From a virus: a stretch of DNA of 64,000 nt. Made by a program: the position numbers and the translations under genes. Within the stretch, counting starts at the first letter, position 1. The number at the start of each line of letters is the position of its first letter. Below, piece by piece: positions 49,248 to 60,210 of the stretch. The stretch spans positions 1-64,000 of IMG/VR virus record IMGVR_UViG_3300025889_000002; one strand, written 5' to 3'. The notes under the pieces were generated by a model. It had not been told where the DNA came from. It ran no database searches and saw only the letters and a program-made list of their open reading frames with translations.

Positions 49248-50091
49248 TGAGCAAGTCACCATTAGAGCACCTTCTTTCAGAGTTTACCGAATGGCCCGAC
49301 AGCGAGCTTGTCCAGCTTTGTCTCGCACCGCCTCCCGGAGAGCACAAGGGCGGACCCGTTGTAGCTGCAACACTTGGCCAACTTCGCAGGAGCGTCTTGA
49401 AGGAGCAGCCCAGCATTGGAACTCACCCATGACTAAAACAATCGACCAAGAGGTGATCCAGGCGGATCGTGAGTTGGTTGATTGCATCATGTGCGATGAT
49501 CCAGCCGCGCCTGACTTTGAGTACGCATACCGCGAGGTTGCAGCCCACCGCATGACAGAGCGCGCGGCAATCGTGGCGTGGTTGATAAGGCAGGCGGTCT
49601 ATTACACCGAGATAGACGAAGGTTATCACGCTAACGCCGTTTCAGATGCCGCAGACGCTATCGAACGCGGCGGCCACATGGAGACAATCAAGCGCGTTCG
49701 AGCAGAAGGGGCGCAGGGATGAGTGGCCTAATCTTGGGGAGTGGTATTGGAACGCGCGTCGTGGTTCGCGCGTCATAGGCTACAAACCCAAAGCCACCAC
49801 CGAAGCAAAGCCCGACGACACCCGCCTCATGGCAATCATCGAACGCATAGCCTCTAACGGCGTAGCATCCATAACCGATGTCAGGGAGTGTGAGGCAATC
49901 GTGGCAGAGCGGAGGCCGGTTGATCCGTTGGTTGAGAGCGTAGCGGAACTGGTTCACGATGCCATGATGTGGGGCGTTGGATGCGGCGGGGAGCCTAGTA
50001 ATTGGGCAGGCAAGAAAAGTCTCGGTGAGGAAATGGCGCGCGAATACGCCAAGGAAATTATCAAGAAACTCAAGATCGTAGAGGCATAACA

Positions 50092-50586
50092 ATGACCGAG
50101 ATAGACTGGAACGCACCGCTTGAGGCCGTGCATGATGATGGCAGGGTTGTTAGTGTAACTAAAAGTCGCGGTTGGGAGTGTGCCGATGCCGATGGTGAGT
50201 ATCGTTTAGACGGAATCCCTGAAAGCATGTATGCTCCGTATTTCAGCAGTACCGGGCGCGGTGACGATCCTTCGTGGCAAATCCGCAACCGCACCACAAA
50301 GCCCGCCAATGCGCCTTCGCCGGAGTTCATGCAGTCGGTAAAGGCATTGGCCAAAGGTGCGCTAATGCAGTGGTCGAGCGGAGTGTATCACGATCACGCA
50401 AAAGCCATCCTCGCAGAACTAGAGCCTAAGCCCGATGCTTTGGATGAAGAGTTCGATAAGTGGATTGAAGGCTACTGCGGCAAGTTCGATCCAGAAGAAA
50501 CAAACATACGCTTTACGGCAAACGAAATGCGTAAAGCATTCAAGGGCGGTTCCGCAATCAAGCGCGTTAGAGCGGAGAAGGGGTGA
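50092..50586 (+). CDS. Mosaic hypothetical protein
   Basis: Shares linkers with 10881-11375. Confidence 0.7.
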   Translation: MTEIDWNAPLEAVHDDGRVVSVTKSRGWECADADGEYRLDGIPESMYAPYFSSTGRGDDPSWQIRNRTTKPANAPSPEFMQSVKALAKGALMQWSSGVYHDHAKAILAELEPKPDALDEEFDKWIEGYCGKFDPEETNIRFTANEMRKAFKGGSAIKRVRAEKG

Positions 50587-50851
50587 TGGGTGACTATGAA
50601 GCCGTACCGTGCCAGAGACCTGCGGGCCTTAGCGATAGCGATGTTATCATAACCCACGAATACACGCGAGGATGGGGAAGCTGTTGCTACAAGCGCAAGG
50701 TGGCCGACATTGATTGGTCTTTGGTGTTTGGCATTCATCGCGCACCCATAACCCAAACCCCACTTGCCCACAAAGGCAATACAGGCTAGATAGGGCAGTA
50801 TGGCTTCGACCCCTAAAATCCTGCACATGATTTTTTTCAAAGGAAATCAAG

Positions 50852-51157
50852 ATGGCGCACGGGGGTAAGCGTCCCGGTGCCGGTAGGCCTAAAGGGGCTA
50901 AGGACAAGCTGACACGCGAAGCGGGTGCTAGCCTTGCTGAGATAGCGCGGGAACACACGGAATCCGCCATAGAGACACTTGTGCAGATTGCGGTTTCTGG
51001 TGAGAGCGAGGCTGCTAGGGTGAGTGCAGCAAACGCGCTGCTTGATCGTGGTTACGGTAGGGCTCCACAGTCAATCGAACACACGGGCGAGGTCGCATTC
51101 AGCAAAGCCACTGAACTGTCAGACGACGAACTGGCAAAGCTGGCAACCGGGCGGTGA
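50852..51157 (+). CDS. terS: Terminase small subunit (putative)
   Basis: Near-identical to 11727-12032. Confidence 0.75.
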   Translation: MAHGGKRPGAGRPKGAKDKLTREAGASLAEIAREHTESAIETLVQIAVSGESEAARVSAANALLDRGYGRAPQSIEHTGEVAFSKATELSDDELAKLATGR

Positions 51158-52704
51158 CGATAACTCAGCAGGAGGCTGCAACGGAACTCCTGCGCCGCCG
51201 CCGCGCCAGATCCAGCCTTGTTGATTATGCCCGCTATATCGATGTTCCCGGCGCACCTGTCACTGAAGACGATCCCGACTGCGAGACATTCAAACCGGTC
51301 GAAACTGTTCTAGCCGAGCATCACGAAATCATCCTGAACGCCACACAGCGGTGCATAGAGCGCCACCGTGGGCGAACGATGCTGTTCCTGCCCCCTGGTA
51401 GTGCGAAGTCGACATACGCAACGGTCGTGTCATCAACATGGGCGCTGGGTAGGCAAGAGGGGTACAAGGTTATCAATGTCAGCTATGCCAGCGACATAGC
51501 TAAGAAGTTTGGCCGCCGAATGAGGGCGATAACCAAGCAGAAGAAGTTCGAAAATCTATTCTCCACCAGTTTATCGAAAGAGAGTAGCGCCGCTGATGAG
51601 TGGGCCTTGTTGAATGAATCTGAATTCATGGCTGGCGGCATTCTTTCTGGCATAACCGGGAACCGTGCAGATTTCGTATGTATTGACGATCCCATTCGCG
51701 GGCGACGTGACGCGGATTCGGAAACAATTCGGAAGAACACCCGCGATGCATACGATGATGATGTTCTAACCCGCTTGAAGCCCGGTGGGAGCGTGATGAT
51801 TACGCAAACGCGCTGGCATGAAATGGACCTTGCTGGCTCTATCCTGCCTGAAGGATGGAATGGCGAAAGCGGCATGATTGAGTGCCGTGATGGCGAGACG
51901 TGGGAAGTTATCTGCATTCCTGCCAAGGCTGAGCGTCACGACGACATGCTTGGGCGTTTGCCGGGTGAGTATATCTGGCCAGAATGGTTCGGTCCTGAGC
52001 ATTGGGCTCCGTTCGAGCGGATGCCCCGTACATGGAATGCCCTCTACCAACAGCGACCAGCCCCCGACACAGGCGACTACTTCAAGCGCGAATGGATTAT
52101 CGAGGAAGATGCTGTTCCACCTCTCCAGACCATGCAGATATTCGGTGCATCCGATTATGCCGTGACCGCAAACGGCGGCGATTACACGGTGCATGTCGTC
52201 ATGGGGATAGATCACACGGGCCGCTTGTGGCTGCTTGACCTATGGCGGCAACAGGCATCGTCCGATGTATGGGTGGATAGCCTGTGTGCGTTGGTGAAGC
52301 AGTGGAAGCCGATAGGATGGGCAGAGGAAACCGGGCAGATCAAGTCGGGCGTTGGCCCGTTCCTGGTGAAGCGGATGCTTGAGACTGAGGCTTACGTGGC
52401 CCGCGAGCAGTTCCCGACACGCGGCGACAAAGCGGTGCGAGCCCAGTCCATTCGTGGGCGCATGGCAATGCAGGGGCTGCACGTTCCCCGTGGTGCGCCA
52501 TGGTTGCCAACACTCATTTCCGAGATGATGTCTTTCCCCGTCGGCAGTCACGACGATCAGGTCGATGCGCTGGGTTTGGCAGGACAGTTGATTGCGAAGA
52601 TGGATTTCGGTAAGACACCTGAAGACGAGAAACCTAAACCGGGGGCACCGCCGCGCGTCGTGGCGGATGGTGTTATCGCCCCGCCATTGAGGATGAGGCG
52701 GTAA
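51154..52704 (+). CDS. terL: Terminase large subunit
   Basis: Same motifs as 12029-13582. Confidence 0.95.
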   Translation: MTITQQEAATELLRRRRARSSLVDYARYIDVPGAPVTEDDPDCETFKPVETVLAEHHEIILNATQRCIERHRGRTMLFLPPGSAKSTYATVVSSTWALGRQEGYKVINVSYASDIAKKFGRRMRAITKQKKFENLFSTSLSKESSAADEWALLNESEFMAGGILSGITGNRADFVCIDDPIRGRRDADSETIRKNTRDAYDDDVLTRLKPGGSVMITQTRWHEMDLAGSILPEGWNGESGMIECRDGETWEVICIPAKAERHDDMLGRLPGEYIWPEWFGPEHWAPFERMPRTWNALYQQRPAPDTGDYFKREWIIEEDAVPPLQTMQIFGASDYAVTANGGDYTVHVVMGIDHTGRLWLLDLWRQQASSDVWVDSLCALVKQWKPIGWAEETGQIKSGVGPFLVKRMLETEAYVAREQFPTRGDKAVRAQSIRGRMAMQGLHVPRGAPWLPTLISEMMSFPVGSHDDQVDALGLAGQLIAKMDFGKTPEDEKPKPGAPPRVVADGVIAPPLRMRR

Positions 52705-52710
52705 GGCATA

Positions 52711-55026
52711 GTGATGGACAGCACCCAAGACTTCACCGGCACGCCTGAGCAGACGCGCGAGAAAGCCTCCGCGCCTATCCTGCAGGCCCTCAAGCGCTCG
52801 CAGGACGCGTTCAAGGAATGGGACGCCACCTGCCACGGTATCGATGACATCTACTCGCGCCACGGATCGTCCTATGAAACCCTGATGACCGATTATGGCG
52901 GATCCAGCTGGAAAGATGCACAGATGGACCTGTTCTGGTCATCGTCGGAAGTGCTGAAACCTGCAGTGTATGCGCGCCCGCCTGTTCCTGCGATTGCGCC
53001 GATCTTCAAGGATGGTGGCCGTCTGAAGTCAACCACGGCTGAATTGCTTGAGCGTGCGGCGGTATCGACCTTCAAGAAGACTGGCATTGACGATGTGATG
53101 CAGTCGGTGCGCGATGACCTGCTGTTCTCCGGCCGCGGTGTCATGTGGCTGCGGTATGAGAGCGACGATGGAAAGCGCGTCTGTGTAGAACACCTCGATC
53201 GCGATGACTTCCTGCATGACGTGGCCCGCAAGTGGTCTGCCGTCGGCTGGGTGGCTGGCGGTTTCTGGATGTCTCGTGAAGAGATCAAGGAGCGGTTCAA
53301 GGGTCTGACTGAAGACCAGATGGACACCATCAAGTTCCTTGAGCGCCGCGACGTGGACAACCGCGACGAAAAGGCAATGACTGCCAAGGCGCGTGTGTGG
53401 GAGGTCTGGCACAAGGCCAACAACCGCGTTTACTGGGTTACTGAGGGTCTGGATGTCTATCTGGACGATGGTGAGCCCCACCTGAAGCTTGATGAGTTCT
53501 TCCCCTGCCCACGGCCAGCCTATGGCACGCTGCAGCGGCGTAGCCTTATTCCTGTGCCCGACTTCGAACGCTATTCAGGCATGTTCGCCAAGATCAACAC
53601 GCTGACGGCGCGCATTTACCTGCTGCTTGATCAGGTCAAGATGAAGGGCCTTATCCCTGCAGGAGGGGACATTGCAGACGCCATCCACCAGGTTATGCGC
53701 TCGGATGACGACAGCATCGTTATCGGTGTTCCTGGCGCTGCCATGATGGAGGGCGCCGCAGTAGTGCAATGGTTGCCACTCGACCAGATCGCCGCCGCCA
53801 TTACGGGCCTGATCGAAGCCCGCCGCCAGCTGATCGAAGACTTCTACCAGCTTTCCGGAATATCGGACATCATGCGCGGTGCGACACAGGCGGAAGAAAC
53901 GCTTGGCGCCCAGCAGTTGAAGGCGCAGTTCGGTTCTGTGCGTGTGCGCCAAAAGATCGACGAGATGCAGCGGATTGCGGCTGAAGCGGTCAAGATCGCA
54001 TCGGAGATACTGGCCGAAAAGTTCGACGGTGACACGCTGCTTGCCATGTCGCAGATGGAATTGCCGACACGCAAGGACATCGAAAAGCGGCTTAAGGAGA
54101 TTGAAAGCGCCGCCGAAAAGGAAATGAAGGCGCTGGCTGACAAGGCCATGGAAGGCGGGCAGGACATGGATCCTGCACAGGCCCAGCAGATGCTTCAACA
54201 GGCGCAACAGGAGATTGTCTCCCGCTATGCGCCGATGTTCGAAGAAGCCGAGAACCTTGTGCCGATCGATGACGTGGTGGACCTGCTGCGCGATGACCGG
54301 GCGCGCTCGTTTGCCTTCGAGATCGAGACCGATTCCACTATCATGGTGGATGAGATTGCCGAGAAACAGGCCCGCAACGAGTTCATGGGGGCGTTCAACA
54401 GCGCCACGCAGGGGCTTATGGGGCTGGCTGGCATGGGTGAGCCCGGGGCCAAGCTTGCGGGTGAGTTGATGAAGTTCGTGCTGGCGCCCTATCGCGTCGG
54501 CCGGCAGATGGACACGGCGATTGACGACTTCGTGAAGCAGGCGCCTGCGATGATGGCAGGACAGGGTGAAGGTGAAGATCAGCAGGGCGTTGCGGCACTG
54601 GCTGAAGCCGAGATGGAAAAGGCCAAGGCTCAGATGGCCAAGGTCGAGGCCGATAGCGCGCTCAAGCAGGCTGAAAACCAACGCAAGTTCGCTGAATTGC
54701 AGGTAAAGGCGCAGAAGGATCAGGCGGACGCTCAGGCCAAGATGGTCAAACTGCAGCAGGATGCGGATGCAATGGGAATCAAGGCGCAGGAAGCGTTGGC
54801 CAATGTCGATCTGCTGCGGGCACAGACCATGAAGGCCATGTCCGAGGCTGGAATAGCTATCGACACCGCGCAGCTTGACGAGTTCCGTTCGCTGTCGGAC
54901 ATTGAGATCAAGCGCAGCCAGGAACAGCGCGCCATCGCCAATGACGCAAGGCAGGCTGCACGGGCCGATCGCCAAGAGGTGCGGGAGGTTATGGAGCCGC
55001 CCGAAACCGAGATGGAGGACGATTGA
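52711..55026 (+). CDS. Portal protein
   Basis: Homologue of 13579-15879. Confidence 0.85.
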   Translation: MMDSTQDFTGTPEQTREKASAPILQALKRSQDAFKEWDATCHGIDDIYSRHGSSYETLMTDYGGSSWKDAQMDLFWSSSEVLKPAVYARPPVPAIAPIFKDGGRLKSTTAELLERAAVSTFKKTGIDDVMQSVRDDLLFSGRGVMWLRYESDDGKRVCVEHLDRDDFLHDVARKWSAVGWVAGGFWMSREEIKERFKGLTEDQMDTIKFLERRDVDNRDEKAMTAKARVWEVWHKANNRVYWVTEGLDVYLDDGEPHLKLDEFFPCPRPAYGTLQRRSLIPVPDFERYSGMFAKINTLTARIYLLLDQVKMKGLIPAGGDIADAIHQVMRSDDDSIVIGVPGAAMMEGAAVVQWLPLDQIAAAITGLIEARRQLIEDFYQLSGISDIMRGATQAEETLGAQQLKAQFGSVRVRQKIDEMQRIAAEAVKIASEILAEKFDGDTLLAMSQMELPTRKDIEKRLKEIESAAEKEMKALADKAMEGGQDMDPAQAQQMLQQAQQEIVSRYAPMFEEAENLVPIDDVVDLLRDDRARSFAFEIETDSTIMVDEIAEKQARNEFMGAFNSATQGLMGLAGMGEPGAKLAGELMKFVLAPYRVGRQMDTAIDDFVKQAPAMMAGQGEGEDQQGVAALAEAEMEKAKAQMAKVEADSALKQAENQRKFAELQVKAQKDQADAQAKMVKLQQDADAMGIKAQEALANVDLLRAQTMKAMSEAGIAIDTAQLDEFRSLSDIEIKRSQEQRAIANDARQAARADRQEVREVMEPPETEMEDD

Positions 55027-55193
55027 TGAACGTCACCATAGTTGAAAGCGGGGGCTATCCCGTTACGCCTGTAGATGACGGCGCACCTCCTGCCGAAGTG
55101 GTCGATGAAGGCGGTTATCCCATTACCATCGTGGAAAGCGGCGGCGTTCCGTTCGTTCTCAATAATTACACACCCGCATAAGGACTGAGTGAC

Positions 55194-55451
55194 ATGGCGA
55201 ATGCAGAAAGATTGATGGCTCTGGGCGTAACAGGCCCGATGGCTGTGGAAATGGCGGCACAGATCGAAGCGCAGGAAGGCAATGCCGACCGTCTTCGTGA
55301 ACTGGGCATGGTCCCTTCGCTTGCCGCGGAACTGGCTGGCCAGATCGACGCTGAAGGCGCGACCGACGCGCCGAAGCTTGCCGCGCATAGCATGGTGCCC
55401 GATGTCGCGGTGGAAACCGTGGCGCAGATCGAGGCTGACAGGGCTGAATAA
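55194..55451 (+). CDS. Small three-repeat helical protein
   Basis: Homologue of 16061-16315. Confidence 0.75.
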   Translation: MANAERLMALGVTGPMAVEMAAQIEAQEGNADRLRELGMVPSLAAELAGQIDAEGATDAPKLAAHSMVPDVAVETVAQIEADRAE

Positions 55452-55742
55452 TGCCGGGGCTTGTCCGTCGTCTGGTCGATACTGGCATGTCCTATCAGCA
55501 GGCCCAGCAGTTCAGCGACCTGTCTGGAAGCGACATTGCGACACCAGTTACATAACTTGCGACGGAAAATGAAAGGAACTGACATGACTACGAAGAAAGA
55601 ACAGGAAAAGATCGACAACGACGACAACGGCCTTGCCGATCGCATGAAGACGATGGACCCGCGCTTCGATGAGAAGGGTAAGCCCGTCGAAGAGGAAAAG
55701 AAGGAAGGTCAGACCAAGACCGCCAGCAAATAGGAGGCTGTC

Positions 55743-56126
55743 ATTCCGTTGTACGATTTTTTGTGCGAGAACTATCATCGTTTCGAACGGTTCGTTCCGC
55801 TTGCGTCCTTTGAAGATCGTCAGGAATGCGAATGCGGGGCCGGTGCTTCGCGTCTTATCAGTGCGCCAAGGATCATATCGGACAGCATAGAGCCGACCAT
55901 GGGGCCAGACGGTAAGATGCACACCAGTCTCGCATCGTATCGCCACAGCTGCACGCCAGAGGGTAATTCCCGCGGCGAAAAGTTCGAAGAGTTGGGGCGG
56001 GATGAATTGCCCGCTTTCAAGGCGCCGGAATTCGACCGACGCAAACGGCGTGACGACATCCGCGCCGGGATCCAGGATGTCAAAGAGGGCCGCGTTCCGC
56101 CCGTTGTTACCGGGGATACACCATGA
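55743..56126 (+). CDS. FmdB-like zinc-ribbon protein (possible ATT start)
   Basis: Homologue of 16504-16887; AGGAGG-N5-ATT. Confidence 0.75.
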   Translation: MPLYDFLCENYHRFERFVPLASFEDRQECECGAGASRLISAPRIISDSIEPTMGPDGKMHTSLASYRHSCTPEGNSRGEKFEELGRDELPAFKAPEFDRRKRRDDIRAGIQDVKEGRVPPVVTGDTP

Positions 56127-57334
56127 CCGATCTAGCCGATATTGAGACTGTTTCGACCAACCTTGAGGAAACCACGCCTTCCAGCCCGTCCGGTGGGGGC
56201 GTTGTTAATCCGCCTGCCGAAGATGGCAAGGAGGAAACCTCTCTGCGCGATACGCTGGCCGACGAACTGAAGAAGGACGAAGGCCGCAACAAAACTGAAA
56301 AGCCGGAGAAGCCTGAGAAAGCTGAAAAGCCCGCAAAGGAGCCTGCCAAAGATGACGCCGACGCCGCCAAGGGAACCGATGGGGACGAAGATGGCGAGAC
56401 CGAAGGAAAGGCGCAGCAGGGCGATAAAGACAACGCCGAACACAAGGAAAAGGCAGCGGCCAAGCCCGACGATGTAGAGGGTGACAAGGGGCGTGCTGAA
56501 GGCAAGACTGAAGACAAGCCCGGGCATTATCAGCCGCCGAAGAACTTCCTGCCCGATGCGCGCGAAAAGTGGCTCAATGTTCCGCGCCCTGTGCAGCGCG
56601 ACATCGACAACATGGCTCGCGAATACGAAACGCAGGTGCAGCAGTATCAGAAGGCTACGGAACGCTACGAATCCCTGCGCGAGTTCGATGAACTGGCACA
56701 GACGAACGGGCGCGATCTGACCGAGAGCCTGACGAAGCTCAACGAGATTGAGAATCTGATGCAATCCAACCCGATTGCGGGCTTGAACGCTATCCTGCAG
56801 GAGATTGGCCCCCGTCGCGCTGACGGAACGGCGCCCTCTCTGCGCGAAGTGGCTGCATTCATCGCTCAGCAGCCGGATGACAAGTATCAACAGATGGTAG
56901 CACAACGTCCGCAGCAGCAAGAGCAGCAGGCTGACCCTCAGGTTGAGGCACTGCAGCGCCAGATTTACGAGATGCAGATTCAGCAGACGGCCCAGAATGT
57001 CATCGAACCATTCAAGGCCGAGCATCCGCGCTACAATGAATTGCAAGGGGCTATTGATAAAATACTTCGTTCTGGTATGGTGCCTTCTAGCTTGAGTGCG
57101 CCTGACCGACTGGCAGCGGCTTACGACATGGCTGAGAGGCTTAACCCTCCTTCGAATGTCGAACAGCCCGCCTCACAGGCAAACCCTGACGCAGATGCCC
57201 GCGTTGATGACCTCAGCGGCACGAAATCCATCAAATCTGCGCCGGGGTCAGCATCACCCGATCTCGAACCCGACCGCAGCGGCCCAACACGCGACATCCT
57301 ACGCGAGGAAATGCGCAGGCGTCGTGCAAGCTAA
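56123..57334 (+). CDS. Scaffolding protein (putative)
   Basis: Homologue of 16884-18080. Confidence 0.7.
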   Translation: MTDLADIETVSTNLEETTPSSPSGGGVVNPPAEDGKEETSLRDTLADELKKDEGRNKTEKPEKPEKAEKPAKEPAKDDADAAKGTDGDEDGETEGKAQQGDKDNAEHKEKAAAKPDDVEGDKGRAEGKTEDKPGHYQPPKNFLPDAREKWLNVPRPVQRDIDNMAREYETQVQQYQKATERYESLREFDELAQTNGRDLTESLTKLNEIENLMQSNPIAGLNAILQEIGPRRADGTAPSLREVAAFIAQQPDDKYQQMVAQRPQQQEQQADPQVEALQRQIYEMQIQQTAQNVIEPFKAEHPRYNELQGAIDKILRSGMVPSSLSAPDRLAAAYDMAERLNPPSNVEQPASQANPDADARVDDLSGTKSIKSAPGSASPDLEPDRSGPTRDILREEMRRRRAS

Positions 57335-57347
57335 GAGGGGATAGGAC

Positions 57348-58358
57348 ATGCCTATCGTTTCAGATCGTAACTACGGGCAGATTCTGACTGCCTCGGTTGC
57401 ACGTCGTTCGCGCGATGTGCAGAATATCGTCTACAACTCCACTCCACTGACTCGCATCCTGCGGGACCAGAATCGCATCAAGATGAAAACTGCCGGCGGG
57501 CCGGAACTTCGTGTTCCGATCATGTTCGACAAGCTGGATGCACAGTGGTTCACCGGCTATGACAAGCTGCAGATCACGCCCAAGGAGCTGCTGAACTCGG
57601 CAGTCTTCAACTGGTCGCGGTGTGTCGGCATGTTCTCGCTTACTGGCACCGAACTGCTTTACAACAGCGGCGAAGATGAAGTCATCGATCTCATGGAAAC
57701 CTACATGGATGCTGCAGAGCAGTCCGTGAAGGAAGCCTTCGAAGAAGGTATCGTGGGCGATGGCACTGCCGACGGCGGTCGCCAGATGATCGGCTGGGGT
57801 GCTGCTATCCCGACCGTGACCAACACGGGCGTTTATGGCGGAATCGATCGTGCAACAGTTCCTAACTGGCGTACCTCGACCTTCGACATCCCGGCAGGCG
57901 ATGTCTCGGGCTTCACCACGTTCGACAGCACCACGGCTCGCCAGATCATCGAACGGATTACCCTGCAGCGCTCGCGCGGCGGTCGTTATCCCGACTTGAT
58001 CATCGCGGATGCCAAGTCCTACGAAGTCATCTCTTCGGCCTTTGTCGCTCATCAGCGGCTGGCTTCGGAACGCCTCGCGCGTCTCGGCTTCCAGGGCATG
58101 TCGATCGTCACTGGCGCAGGCATCGTCGATGTCGTGGCAGCTGGCGGTATCGGCAACGTCATGCCGGAGAATACCTTCTTCGGTATCGATACCAAGGGCA
58201 TGTCGATCTACACCTTCCCGGGTCAGGAATTCGTTCCTTTCCATCCGGGCAACGGTATGCGTCCGATCAACCAGGATGCGGTGGCTCAGGGTGTGGTATG
58301 GACGGGACAGCTTGTCCTCGAAAACCCGCTCTTCACCTATCGCGCCATCACGGCCTAA
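57348..58358 (+). CDS. Major capsid protein
   Basis: Homologue of 18096-19106. Confidence 0.9.
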   Translation: MPIVSDRNYGQILTASVARRSRDVQNIVYNSTPLTRILRDQNRIKMKTAGGPELRVPIMFDKLDAQWFTGYDKLQITPKELLNSAVFNWSRCVGMFSLTGTELLYNSGEDEVIDLMETYMDAAEQSVKEAFEEGIVGDGTADGGRQMIGWGAAIPTVTNTGVYGGIDRATVPNWRTSTFDIPAGDVSGFTTFDSTTARQIIERITLQRSRGGRYPDLIIADAKSYEVISSAFVAHQRLASERLARLGFQGMSIVTGAGIVDVVAAGGIGNVMPENTFFGIDTKGMSIYTFPGQEFVPFHPGNGMRPINQDAVAQGVVWTGQLVLENPLFTYRAITA

Positions 58359-58374
58359 CCGAGAGGATTGAAAA

Positions 58375-58692
58375 ATGGTTACTTCACCTTTCCGCACCAC
58401 TGGCCAGCTTGGCCCCGATCTGCACCAACAGGTCACTCCGGGCGAAGTCTGGTACGATAACCCGGATCTCGTCAGCCCCGTCGTGGGCACGCGGGAAACC
58501 GGCGATGATGGCTTCGATTATGTCTGGGTTCGCGCCTCGGCAAACGTCGCAGCAGCATCGGCTCCGGGCACGCAGGTATCGATCACGGTTCCTGCCTACA
58601 CTGCGGCTGCAGGCGCGGGCGGTTTCTACGCTCCGATTGCAGGCGTAACGTCCGGCGATTACTTTTGGGCCAAGAAGGGCTCAACACTTTGA
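58375..58692 (+). CDS. Putative capsid decoration protein
   Basis: Three amino-acid differences from 19122-19439. Confidence 0.55.
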   Translation: MVTSPFRTTGQLGPDLHQQVTPGEVWYDNPDLVSPVVGTRETGDDGFDYVWVRASANVAAASAPGTQVSITVPAYTAAAGAGGFYAPIAGVTSGDYFWAKKGSTL

Positions 58693-58752
58693 TCGTCACG
58701 CGGGGGAGGTTTCGGCTTCCCCCGTTATTTTCTCTAATTGGAGCGTCCATCC

Positions 58753-59487
58753 ATGACTGAAGCCGTACTTATCGACGAACGTGACCTTCAGGTCACTCCC
58801 ATGTTCAAGGTCATCCAGGTCGAAGACATCAACGCCTCGGAACGCGAAGGCCACCTCGTGATGAAAACTCGCGAAGTGGTCGAAGTCCGCATTGCCGGCG
58901 CGCGCGATGTGAAGGTGTTTCCCTCGGATGAAGTCTGGCGCCGCGAAGGCAATAGGGCGATTACCTATGCCGAACGCTGGCCTGAACAATACGCCACCTA
59001 TCACAACGGCGACACGCAGCAGGCGCTAGGCACGCCGCTGGAAATGCTGCGCCCCTATGGCATCTCGGAATCGATGGTTTCGGTCTGCCGCGCGCTCAAG
59101 ATTTATTCGGTTGAGGCCCTGTATGCTCTAGAGGGTGCGGGTCTCAAGGCGCTCGGTATGAACGGCAATCGGCTAAAGGACGCGGCCCGTCAGTTCATGG
59201 CCGAGCGCCAATCTTCTGTCAGCGCCATGTCGGAAGTCGAAGCCCTGAAGGCTCGCATTGCCGAACTGGAAGCCAATGGTTCGAAGGTGGACATTCCCGC
59301 CGAATTGCCTACTGATGCAGAGATGGATGCGGCGGTGGCTGCTTCCGATGCGGAGTTTGCGGATATGAGCGACGAGGCAATCAAGGAAGAGATCGGGAAG
59401 CTTGCCGGATCCAAACCCCGCGGAACTCCTTCGCGCTCGACACTTGAAAACTCCTTGCGCGAACTTCGCGCTGCAAAGGCTGCTTAA
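58753..59487 (+). CDS. Conserved phage protein
   Basis: Homologue of 19493-20227. Confidence 0.7.
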   Translation: MTEAVLIDERDLQVTPMFKVIQVEDINASEREGHLVMKTREVVEVRIAGARDVKVFPSDEVWRREGNRAITYAERWPEQYATYHNGDTQQALGTPLEMLRPYGISESMVSVCRALKIYSVEALYALEGAGLKALGMNGNRLKDAARQFMAERQSSVSAMSEVEALKARIAELEANGSKVDIPAELPTDAEMDAAVAASDAEFADMSDEAIKEEIGKLAGSKPRGTPSRSTLENSLRELRAAKAA

Positions 59488-60210
59488 ATGACGGTGCTTG
59501 CGGCCCTCCAAAAGGCTAGTATCAGGCTAGTGGGTCGCAAGCCCAATACGTTCTTTGGCGCCAAGGGTCAGTTCGAACTTGAATTGACCGACCTTGTTAA
59601 CGAGGTGGCGCAGGACATTGCCCAGTATCAGGATTGGCAGGAACTTGTCCGCATAGGCACGGTGACGGGCGATGGCGTGGCAACCGATTTCGATCTGCCG
59701 ACCGATTACAGTCGCTTTCCCGTCAAGGGTGCCATTCAGGACTATACGAATTGGGCTTGGGGATATTTCCACTATCAGGACCTCGACACGTTCTTGTATG
59801 ATGAAGCGCGCAACTTCAATGCACTGCCGGGTGGCTGGATCATCTACGGCAATTTGATGCGTTTCTCGCCTGCTCCTGCAACGGATGCGCAGGCCAAATT
59901 CCCTTACATCACGAAGAACATCGTGCGGGATTTCTCAACCAACACGAAAGAGGAATTCACCGATGACCGCGATGAGTTCCTGCTGCCCGAACGCCTGCTG
60001 ACGCTGGGCCTCGTGTGGAGGTGGAGGGAGAATAAGAAACTTGATTCCACTGGCGACCAAGAGGCATTCATCAAGGCTCTGGACGAATACGCTGCCAAGT
60101 CGGGCGGCCCTGTGGTTATCCGTCGCAATGGCGCCCGCGGTATCCCCGGTACGCATCCGGCCTATCCTTGGGAACTTGGACAGGGCGCTAACTACTGGCC
60201 CGTCGGCTGA
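59488..60210 (+). CDS. Tail tubular A / adaptor protein
   Basis: Homologue of 20228-20950. Confidence 0.7.
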   Translation: MTVLAALQKASIRLVGRKPNTFFGAKGQFELELTDLVNEVAQDIAQYQDWQELVRIGTVTGDGVATDFDLPTDYSRFPVKGAIQDYTNWAWGYFHYQDLDTFLYDEARNFNALPGGWIIYGNLMRFSPAPATDAQAKFPYITKNIVRDFSTNTKEEFTDDRDEFLLPERLLTLGLVWRWRENKKLDSTGDQEAFIKALDEYAAKSGGPVVIRRNGARGIPGTHPAYPWELGQGANYWPVG

